Shown here: piece after piece, positions 51,284 through 61,470 of the stretch | How the letters are laid out: each line of letters opens with the position of its first letter | How positions within the stretch are numbered: position 1 is the stretch's first letter | Source of the DNA: Lama glama | Taxonomy: Eukaryota | Direction of reading: 5' to 3' | Length of the DNA: 64,000 nucleotides | NCBI GenBank assembly: GCA_028534125.1 | Contig: CM052818.1 | Location: 47,556,001 to 47,620,000 of the forward strand | Translations under genes and position numbers: made by a program | The notes under the pieces: generated by a model | Told to the model about the DNA's origin: nothing | The model's database searches: none | What the model saw: the letters and a program-made list of their open reading frames with translations, nothing else

Positions 51284-53338
51284 AAATAATAAGTACTTAA
51301 ACCAAAGCAATAGCTTCAAGCTTTATATTTACATCATAGGAAACCCCTTTATCTTTCTGGTTCCCTTTGCAAAACCATAGGTGAAGTAGGAACGGTGTTG
51401 TATGCTCAGAGATGAACACAAAGGAGAAATAAGAAGGTGCCATGTGCTAGGCACACAGAAGGCACTGGATAAAAAACATCTTATTTTATTTCCCTTTACT
51501 AATTCCTAAATGAGGTCCAGATTAAGCAATTAATTAAACATATTTACTATTTTTTATTATGAAAGATGTAAATATCTGAATCTCTAGGGTAAGACATCTT
51601 TCTCTGCGTCTTCCACCAAAGTGTAAAGTTAGCTGAAGAAACTCAGCACCTCGACAACTGTCTGCTGGACCACAAGCCCCAGGTGAGAGTCAGAGCAGGT
51701 GCTGCGAGATCCCACAGGACTGCTCCCTGCGGGCTGGGCTCACCGGAGACGGTTCTGAGATGACAGAACCTTCGACCTGCATATGAGCTATGGGGATGGT
51801 TCATAGAGACAAAAAGAAGGGTGGAAGGCTTTCCTGGGAAAGAGCTTGACGTGAGCAAAGTCCCAGGAGCGAGGTTCAGGGACAGTCCCGCCACCAGCCT
51901 TGATTCTGACAGCGGATCTCCATCTCCTGGTTCACTGCAGAGCAACGTCTAACAGTGACTGTTCATTGGGAGCCTCGTGGGTAAACCAGCCCTGGGTTAG
52001 GAAATGCGGGAGAGGAAGAAAACCCAGTCACACCCCCCCCCCCGGAGAAGCACATGCCATGTTCTATACAAAGCGAATTTCAATGTAGTCTCTTTCAGGG
52101 AAAAGTCTGATACAGGCCATACCCTTGCTGGACACCATCCAAATGCCAGATCTTTGATGCATTCACTCCGCAACTTATTTATAGCATGTGCCAGGCAGAC
52201 CATATTAGGTGAAAAGCAACTTATAACTCAGTTATTTCCCATCACTGCCTTTCACACTTGCTCCATATTCTCTCTCTTCCTCACCAATAAAACAGTCCCA
52301 TAATTTATTGGATCACTTTGAGATATTAGCAATCTCATTCCTAGGTCTGAAAAAGTCAAGTCTAACATTACAACTCAGTCCATCATCCAGTAAAAAGTTT
52401 TTCTTCCTGTGCCCCGCTAGCACAAGCCAGCTCTGTGATGTTGAAGATGAGTCGTGGGAGAGAGACCAGGTCAGCGTCTTTCCTTCCCTCTCCCGATGTC
52501 CCCGTGGACATAGGCATGTATACAAATATATATTTGCATATATTGATAGAGAGAGAATGACACAGAGTTGTAATATGTGTGTTGTGTGTGTACTGTAATT
52601 GCAGAGTTGTAACTGGAGTGCCATGCAGTCCTGACTGCCACCACTGCTCTGTCGTGGGCTTCTCCACGCGGCACACCTTCAAAGGCAGGCTCTTTGCAAG
52701 GAGCGTCTGGGGGTTCTGGGGACGTCTCAGGGCTCCTCCACACCATCTTGTCCTTCTCACAGGCCACGCATTCTCCATCTGGTCCCTGCCCGCTCTTCCT
52801 CAGGGCCTACTGAGTGGGGGTCAGCTTTCCCTGGTGGATCTTTTGGGTGGACTCTACCAGAATTTCCTAAGCCTGTTTCTGGTCCAAGGGAAATACTTCA
52901 TGAATTCGTGTCCCAAGTACTGGAACATCAGTGAGCCGTCACAGACGCCTTCCAACTGCTCTGACGTCGGGGGCAGGCCCAGTACCTCCATTCCTTTAGA
53001 ACTTTCTAGTCTAGAGACCAAGGCCTTCTTCTGACACATTACACCGTCTCTGAAATGATTTTGAAATAATTTCTGTGTTTGGTTTTAAGAATAAATCATC
53101 ATCATAACTCTTGGTTGAAAAAGTCAGGATCTTACCACCTGAAAAAATGCACACACAGTACGTCTTGGATTTGAAAGAGTACAGTGCATCTTACATTTCC
53201 AATGTTTCTGAGGAGGATGGCAAAATTGTCCAGAAGCTTGAGAAAACAGACAGCGATCACCTCCATTTCTTCCATCCTCAGAATTGCTTCCAGGACCATA
53301 GAGTACTACGTACCTAATATGCTTCACACAGTTCTAGC

Positions 53339-53552
53339 CAGAGGCCGACCAAGGCTGGGGGCCAGATCCAGCCTGCCATCCGAGCTGGTAACTAAACTTC
53401 TATCGGAGCGCAGCCACACCACTGGTTTATGTGTCGTCTACGTCGGCTTTCAGGCTACGACAGCAAAGCTAGCGACTGTGACAGAGACTAGATGGCCCGG
53501 GAAGCTGAAAGTGGTGATTCTCTGGCCCCTCGTGAAGTTCCCCAGCACCTAC
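53339..53552. mobile_element. MER58A hAT-Charlie, CpG-rich copy
   Basis: 'gggccagatccagcctgcc...gcagccacac...ggctttcaggctacgacagcaaagct...gtgacagagac...tggcccgggaagctgaaa'. Confidence 0.75.
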
Positions 53553-55885
53553 AGGAAGCCATCAAGGCGTTCGGAGGCATTCACAGGTGCTTTCAGCTCT
53601 ATGACGAGAGCGAGTTGCCTGGCGCTGGAAGCATTCAAGTCCAGGCGCCTATCAGCCAAGAGCACTAAAACCAGGACGCTGCATCGGCGCGGAAGGCAGG
53701 TGGCCTTGGAGAAGAGGCTTTCAGGTGCTCTGTCTTCCCCGCGTGTTGTCGGTAAAGCCCCTTTCCTGACAGTTCCCATCGCTGTCATGGCGGTCGTCCC
53801 ATAATGACCTGAAAACGATGTGCTTTTCCTGATTGTCCCCATAGGCATCACTGTACTCCCCATAACGACCTAAAAATAATAATTGTCTAAGTTTCAGATT
53901 TGAGGCTCGGAAACGAATGGTCACCACATCCGTGATACACATGTGACAAATCTGTGGGACACAGGGGGACGTCCCTCCTGACTTAGCTCATACCGCCTGC
54001 TGCACCAAACCCTCTGCTGCCAAGACCACGAGCAAGCAGGAAACTGACGTTAATCAAGTCAGGAGCCAAGCGTCAGGAAAGGCAAAGTCATCGTGAGCTC
54101 GTTATTCCACAAATTGAAAGCAATCCTTTTCCTAGAGAGGAGAACCGAGGCCCAGGGGTTCGGGGGCCTCCCCGGCGGTGTCCAGAGGGTATGGCACGGA
54201 GTGGGTTGAGGGTTTCTAGGGTCCACAGCCTCCACTCTGCTCAGACCCGATTCTCAATCCATCACGGTCAAGGCTTCCACCCCATCTTCCCCGCAATGCC
54301 CTGCTGCGTCTTAGACACAATGACAGAGTACAGGAGGGACTTGAACATTAATCAAGAGCCTCGTCCCACGTCCTCCTGACACCGCGCTGGGGACCCCTGT
54401 GGCTGACAGCGAGCAGAGCGAGGTGATGGAAGAGCGGCTTGCCCGCAGCCACAGTTGGCCCTGCCACGCAGACACCAGCCCTGGTTTGATGAGAGCGATG
54501 ATTTCTGAAAGAACCTTGTTTGAAGAGAAACAAAGGGCATTGAACAGCCTGCTTTCTGATCCCAATCTGTCGCAAAGACGGTACATTATAAAAACAGTAA
54601 CACTCAAGCAAGGCTCGAGCGAGCCCAGACTGGATGGTCGGGACAGCGATGGTAATTTATCAGAACCCAGGACCACGCTGGACGCAAGCGATTCTCTGAA
54701 GTCCCCGCGCGGCCCAAGGTTTGTGCCCACAAGATGAGAGCCTGGCACCTCTCCGAACACACACGTCCTCTTGTGTTGGGGCAAGTCACAGGCCTGGCTT
54801 GGGCACAGGGTATGGGCTCAAGATTTCGCTTCCAAAGTGAGCAGATGGTGCAACCCATGTTCCATGCGCGGGAGACATCACACCCAGCTAACACAAGCGC
54901 TTTGACAGAGCACCAAATAACGCATTTATCAATCTGACGTGGTATCTGACAGGGGCTGCCTGCTGGCCCCCCGCCCCCTTCACAGCACGGCGAAACCTTC
55001 CAATTATTGAGGTCACAGATGTCAAAGCCTTCTGAGCACGTATTCTCGAATGGCAAGATCACCCTCTGCCTGTCTTTATTTGGTTCTCTGAAATAAAGCC
55101 TTGATCTCTCATCACATGTCCAAAGGGACAACCGGATACTGGATCTCCTTTGGGAAAATGATTGGTATCCAGTCTGATCGCAGGTGGCCTGGGTCTGAGT
55201 CCCCGATCCTTCCTGCTGTGAAGCACCGTGCCCCCTTTCCTGGCTTCTGTCTGCTGAACAAGCCCCGTTACAGAAAAGGGGAGACCCACAGACTGGGAAT
55301 TAGAAAGCCCAGCGTCTATTTGGTGCTAGTCCATTGACTTTGTACGTCTGGGTTTTTCGAGCATTAAAATGGAAGTCACAGGCGAAGTCAAGTGTCAAGT
55401 ACAGATGTGCAAGGATCAAAGTCCGCACAAATCACACAACCGCCTTTCCCCTGATTAAACTGAGTTAACCGAGAACACATACAAGCGTGCCGCTCCCGCT
55501 CGGGCGCTGGGTCGCAGGGGCTGTCTTCTTTTTCTGTGACCCTTCCCCAGACGTGGGTCTCGGGGGGTGACCCCCAGCAGTTCAAGTGGAGACTGGGTAG
55601 AGCCGGGGGCAGGTGACATGGAGCGGTGGTGACCACGTCCAGGCAAAGGAAAGGGAAGATGCAGACGTCGAGAGGGGGCAAGCAGAGGCGGGGACCACGT
55701 TGTGGGGAACGGAGGTCAAGTTGAAGAGCGAAAGCAGGGGGAGGAGACGGGCTTGAGATGCAAGCCAGAACCAAAGGTGACTCTTCATCTCAGTGGCTGA
55801 CATTTTTACAGAGCAGTAACCGTCTCGGAGCAGTGCCTTACATGGCGATTCATTTAACAATTGCTTTTTAATTAAAAGCATTACC

Positions 55886-56066
55886 GGGGCGGGGGGTAGA
55901 GCTCAGCCGTGCAGTGTGTGCTTAGCACGCGCGAAGCCGTGCATTCAACCCCCAGTGCCGCAATCTAAATAAGTAAGTAAGTAAATAAACCTAATCACCT
56001 GCCCCCTAAAGAACAGCAACAACAAAAAGAAGCAAAACAAAACCAAGAAAAGTATTTAAAAAAACC
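55886..56066 (+). mobile_element. vic-1-type camelid SINE (diverged)
   Basis: 'ggggcggggggtagagctcag...tgcttagcacgcgcga...ttcaacccccagtgcc...aaataaacctaatcacctgccccc' plus an A-rich tail; same architecture as the 18907-19051 copy. Confidence 0.8.
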
Positions 56067-56468
56067 AAAACACTTCCAGGCCCTGGGGACTGGGGCCACC
56101 GCAGGCTTAGAAGCAGGAGTCAGCCTGGCCACTGCGTCTGAGAGGGCCTTCCCTGACCCCCGCCTCTTCAGTCGCTCCTCCCACACGGTCCCCACCTTCT
56201 GGGCTCACCCTGAGGGTGGCAGCCACCGCAGCTCCTCCACCAAGTCTGGCCGCGGCGCCTCCCGCCCCTGCAACGTGAGGCCATGGAAGGAAGGGACGTT
56301 CTTTCTTCATCCTTCTTCTCACAGTAGATGTTTAACAAACGTGGATGAAGGGGATGGGCCTTCCTTTCTAGAAGTCTGACCGGTGAATGGACGCTGTAAC
56401 GGCTTGTTGACCTCAGTCTCCCAGGTAGAGCAAGGAAAATACCACACAGAGAGTGTCTATGTGTGTGT

Positions 56469-56830
56469 GACAAATATCATATGATACCATTTATGTGTGG
56501 AATCTAAAAAAATGATACAAATGAACTTATTTACAAACCAGAAACAGACTCAGACATAGAAAACAAATGTATGGTTACCAAAGGGGAAGAGGAAGAGAAA
56601 TCAATTGGGAGTTTAGGATGAACAGATACACACTACTGTATTTAAAATAGATAAACAACAAGGACCTACTGTACAGCACAGGGAGCTATATTCACTATCT
56701 TGTAATAACCTATCATGGAAAAGAGTCTGAAAAATAATATATTTATATGTCTATCTATATACACACATAGCTGGATGACTTTGCTGTACACCCAAAACTA
56801 ACACAACATTGTCCACTGCAGTAAGAAAGA
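56469..56830 (+). mobile_element. L1 3'UTR (artiodactyl-type), 5'-truncated
   Basis: 'gacaaatatcatatgata...aatgaacttatttacaaaccagaaacagactc...aaaatagataaacaacaaggacctactgtacagcacaggg'. Confidence 0.9.
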
Positions 56831-57169
56831 AGAGTGTGTGTGTGCAATTCCTGGTTTAATAAGGAGCCTGAACAGGATAGAAATGAAAAGGCCTTATCAA
56901 TCACATCAGCAAATGATGCTAGACTTTCTATTTATCAAACTATTTGTGAAAAATTCTAAAATAGGCCATATGTTACAGTGTAGTGATTACAGTTACACAG
57001 AGTAGAATCATTAATCAGAAAAAAAGTTAAAAAAAAAGTTTGCCACTGGAAACATCACAGTTTCAAGACTTAGCTTTAATTTCTCCATCCAAATAATCCA
57101 GATGTAGTTACATATCACAAAAATACATTTTATCATATCTGATTGTCAGTTGCCACGTCAACTGCCTTC

Positions 57170-58250
57170 ACTTTCCTGAAGAAAACGTGGACTCTTGGCA
57201 GCATTTAAACGCTGCAAACCTGCCTTCACAGCTTCTCCCATTACTGGTTTCCTGCTGCAAATTTCAGCAGACTGGACACACAAGGCGTCACTGTTTGAAA
57301 GTTCATGCTGAACGTTTTGCTCAGTTGGAACAGATTAAGAGTCTTGAACGATGCGGTGCTGCCAGCATCTGTCCAGGAAAACAGGGGCATCACTGACCCT
57401 CCAACGCTCACCCTGCTGACAAAGACAGTCATGACACCTTTCCACCCACTTCACCGGACACTGTTAAAAATGAGCCATGTTGTGTCTCTGAATGGCAGTT
57501 CCTCTCCATTGCGTTGCTTCTTTATAACGCCCCAAGCTGCCCACGCAAACAAACAGAAGCCTGTTTGCTTTATTTCTACAAAGGGAAACCTCCTGCTCCT
57601 CAGAACGACAGAGCTTCTGAGGCAGACGCTGTCTGAAGAATACAAATCAATAGCTTGAAAAACAGAACAGAATTTGGTGAATCCACTGGCTATTTTTGTC
57701 TTCATCTTGCCAAACTGTTGGTTCAACTGCTTTGTTTTGGTTTTTTTCCCCACTGAATGGACAGGATGCAGGAGTCATTCTCAGCATCATTTCAAAGTTC
57801 AGATCCAAGGAGAATGCTTCATTTCCAAGCAGCTGCTACATAGATCCCTGGACCACTCTTCCCTCCACTCCCGCCGATGAACTCCTGCGTGAGATCCTAC
57901 ATGCCTTGTTGGATTTGCTCAACGGCCACTGCTTCTAAGGGACCTTCCCCAACCCTCCACGTTAAAGGTACTTAATTCCTCGGTCTGTTTGTTAAACCTC
58001 TGATGTAACTTTTATTTCAGTCAAACTCTGTGATAAAAATTGCATATGTCTGTCTGTCCTCAGTAGTGGAAACCATGCCACGTTTATTACAGAAAAGATG
58101 ACAAGGAACTATTGACGATGCTGAATCCACAACACTGAAGAATAATAATGCGTCAAAATGATTATTTGGCTTGTCTGTGGGAAAGAGGCTGCCCGTGGCT
58201 CTGTCCTCGAATGCGCTGTCCTTTCCTCCGCTTGGTTCACATATCATGGT
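57170..58250 (-). mobile_element. Ancient RTE-clade LINE relic (RT domain to C-terminus; MamRTE1/L4-like)
   Basis: Minus-strand translation gives collinear degenerate RT motifs: DRQT..F......IR...RVGEGPLEAVAVEQIQQG, GIYV, an ADD/HS-like remnant, AWAAWGVIKKQ, EAVKAGLQR; many stops and frameshifts. Confidence 0.6.
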
Positions 58251-59039
58251 CAGCGCACCTTCGGGTGGGCCTCCATCTGCTCAGAATCAAGGAAGGTGCA
58301 CAGGTAGAAAGTCCAAGAGGATCGGTCTTCACCAGCTGTGACGGACGGCTTCCTGAGGTCTGAGATCTGGAGCTCCCACTTGGGAGCAAGCTGTTGAAGG
58401 CCATGTGGAGGCAGAGGCAGAGTTCTAAGACAAGGATCCCTCGTGTTTCAGTGATTTTGAGGTAGAAAAGGGAAAAAGTACCCAGGGGAGCTGTGAGTAA
58501 CTGGGCGTGGGCAGCTCACCAGAAATAACTTCCAGCCACAGTAGACAGGGGCTGAAGATATGCCTGAAATACGTCCGTATGCATTTTCCCTTTTAAGTCC
58601 AGTCCCCATCTTCCTAGCCCTTTTGCTGTAGCTGTCCGTTGCAATGGGAGCTAGTTTCGGCTGGCACACCTAGGCGGTGCCGCAAGTAACCCGCCCTTCC
58701 ACTCGGACCCCTGATGCTCCCCAGGAGGGGTGGGTCCAGTCGTCTTCTAAGGAAATATTCAGATTTGTCAACCCACAGAGTAACTTGCTGTAATTGGTGT
58801 GATCCAGTATTCAAGATCTCAGTGATGTGACTCTATTATCTCTTCCTTCTCCCCTCTAAGGAAGCACAGAGAACTGAAGTGTTTTCATTGACATTTCAGA
58901 GAAAAATGCACTTTTCCCCCGAGGGTAAATGAAACATGGCACTCCCCCCTCCACGCAGCTGGGCCTTCTGAAGGTATCGTCGAGGACACAGGCCGGATGG
59001 CACCCATCTTAAGGGCTTCGGATGCTGGCTGTGGACACT

Positions 59040-59422
59040 TGTCTTACCCAGCGCAGGCTGCCGTTGAACAGTGCCGTACGCTGGGCGGCTTACACGAGAG
59101 ACGTCTGTTTCTCACAGTTCCGGATGCCGAGCAGCCTAAGATCAAGTGCTGGCAGGGTGGTTCCTGCGGAGAGCGCTTTCCCGGCTTGTGCTCGGCTGCC
59201 GCCTTCCTGCTGTGTCCTCACGGGGTGGACAGAAAAAAACAAAGGAACTCTGGCCTCTTTTTGTAAGGCTCCCGGCATGGGGTCCCCAGCTTGATGACCT
59301 CACTGAGACCAAAAAGGGCCCCACTTACAAGCACAGTCACATCAGGGGGTTAGGGCTTCGACATGCGAGGTGCTGGGGAACGGGGGGGGGGGGGGCGGGC
59401 CACAGTCACTCAGTCCACAATA
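59040..59422 (-). mobile_element. MLT1A-type MaLR LTR, CpG-rich copy
   Basis: 'caggctgccgttgaacagtgccgtacgctgggcggctta...tttctcacagttccgg...cttcctgctgtgtcctcacggggtgga...gggggttagggcttcgacatg...tcagtccacaata'. Confidence 0.85.
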
Positions 59423-59789
59423 CCGTTGCTTTGAAACGACACTTTAATTTTGAGGGTGCTTCTATTTTATTTTCTCCAGCCAAACAGGAAACTCTCTTGC
59501 CCTGGACAGCAGACAAAGAAAGCCAGAAGACACTGAAGCACATTGCGTAGCCAGAACTCAATGTTCAGAAGGCAGCCCTTTAGCTTACAAGGATCAAGCG
59601 TCAACAATTGAAATTGGGTCCCTCTGTCTAATCTTAAACTTTATCCATGAAGCCCATCCACTCATCACTGCGGCTGTGTTTTGGAGACCATGGGGTAGTC
59701 TGCTCCTCAGATTTCTGAAAAGACATTGAAAGAAATACTGCCTATGTTTTTGGTTCGGTGTTGTTCGTGTGCTTGTTTTGCTTTTAAAA

Positions 59790-60620
59790 TAATTTTAATA
59801 AAGTAATTTATAAATAAACATTTCATCCCGTATCAGAACATTCCAGAGAAAATTTCTGTCTCACGGAGCATGATCCCCAATTCCACTCCTTCCCTCTCCT
59901 CCTCCCTCAGCCCCAGAGGAAACGTTTGTTGACACCTGGTGTTTCTCATTCCAGAGTTGTTTTTACCTTAATTAGAAATACTTCTGTATATAATGTCCTT
60001 TAAAAATGTATCATATTGATTTTTCTGTGTTTTTTAAATGAAAGGGTACCATACCATAATCATTATTCTATAACTTGCATATTTCACACAATATTAATAT
60101 TTTGGGAATTATCTGTGTGGATTTTAAACGACGCAGTCCTTGCCCAGTGGTGCGCCGGTGCTGACGCACACGGTCAGTGTGAGCCTGCTTTGTGCATCTT
60201 TTCCCAACTCTGCATTCAGTGATGTCAGCTTGGTAGGTTGAAACCATCCATTATGAGAATACTTGCCCCACTGAATCAGCGAAGGTACAAGCCAGGACTT
60301 TCTTCCCCACCCTAGAGATTTTAAAACATTTACCAGCCCGCCACTCCATTCCTTTTCACTGTATTGCATTCTGTCATGTTAGTGGGCTCCATTTTATTTA
60401 ATTATCCCCTTATTCCTGAGAAATGAGGCCATGTCTCATTTTCTACACTATCACACTGCTGCAATAAACCCAGCTCACACAAGTGAGAGCGCTTCTCAAA
60501 GACAGGATGCCTGGCGGTAGGTTTCCCGGGTAATGGTTATGCATATTTTTAACTTTTGCACATAAGACTACTTCTTAATTAACACAACTTACACTGTATT
60601 AATTACCTCTCGCTTATTCA
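59790..60620 (-). mobile_element. Old L1 (L1ME-like) 3' region interrupted by MER63A
   Basis: 'cccagaggaaac...ttccagagttgtttt', 'ctgctgcaataaac', 'gggtaatggttatgcatatttttaacttt'. Confidence 0.6.
60145..60346. mobile_element. MER63A hAT-Blackjack
   Basis: 'cagtggtgcgccgg...tcttttcccaactctgcattcagtgatgtcagcttggtaggttgaaa...aaacatttaccagcccgccact'. Confidence 0.8.
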
Positions 60621-60629
60621 ACATTTCTG

Positions 60630-61190
60630 GTTGAACAATCCTGCGGGTAATTCAAACCCAGTGGTCTTGAAATGGCTGATCCTTCCTCCTTTGATTCTGC
60701 CTCTCTTCTTGCACATTCCTCGTCTCTGTTCTGGCACCAGCAGCAGCCCAGCCATCCAAGCGAGACGCCTAGACGTCCACCTGACTCTCCCTTCTTGCTC
60801 TCGCTCCATCCCCGATAACCATTTCCTATTGATTCTCCCTAAGGATAACCTTCCCATTCTCCCCTTTTCTCACCAGCACTCACACAGCTCAGCCTCTGAG
60901 AATGACTCATCTGAACTTGTGTGATAAACTCATCTCCTCCCTCCATCCTCTGCCTCCTCTGTAGAATCATCTTTTATAACAGAGAAGTAGTCATGGATTC
61001 CGGTTGTCCCAATAAACCTCCAATGGTTCCCTTAGGCCTATTGGATTTGGTCCAAACTGCCTCGCAAGGTATAAGACGCTGGTCGCACTTGGCCCTGTAC
61101 CCCAGTACCCAGGCTGTACCCCAAGACTATGTTGCTTTTGTTAACACATCCATGTGTTTACCTGTTCTCCCTCTGACCTCCCAGGGCATT
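60630..61190 (+). mobile_element. L2 fragment
   Basis: 'cagccatccaagcgagacgcctagacgtccacctgactctccc', 'aaacctccaatggttccc...gtccaaactgcct'. Confidence 0.7.
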
Positions 61191-61229
61191 TCTATTTGTT
61201 TCATAGAAAATTAGAGACTTAGAAGAAAT

Positions 61230-61470
61230 ACTTAAGAAAAGAGCTGAAGGCCTAGACTGCCTGGCAGAAGCCATGGAAATTGGAGAGAGGGGACTAGATT
61301 CCAGCAATAGTGCAGATTTAAAAGTGCTCAGAATGTGATAACCAAGTTACCAAGGTGGATGCAGATAAGCAAGGGAGTTTAAAGGTAGAACACGATTTCT
61401 AGCTTGGAAGACTGACTGAATCATGTTGCCAAATGGAGCCAAAAAAAAAAAAAAAAAACAGGAGAAGAAC
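61230..61470 (-). mobile_element. L2 fragment
   Basis: 'tgaaggcctagact...ggaaattggagagagggga', 'gatttctagcttggaagactgactgaat'. Confidence 0.5.

Noticed and set aside
53184..53804. 206-aa ORF
   Set aside because: Runs through a MER58A in a GC/CpG-shifted, stop-poor patch; no recognisable domain.
54399..54737. 112-aa ORF with protein-like composition (MADSEQSEVMEERL...)
   Set aside because: GTG start, no recognisable homology or convincing splice or promoter context, and overlapped by equally long antisense ORFs. TBLASTN or PhyloCSF would be needed to rescue it.
58260..58700. Possible 5' extension of the RTE relic (GIS...LSTVAG-like peptide near 58530-58570)
   Set aside because: The spacing to the downstream RT motifs is too long and part of the interval resembles an LTR16-like fragment, so it was not included in the call.
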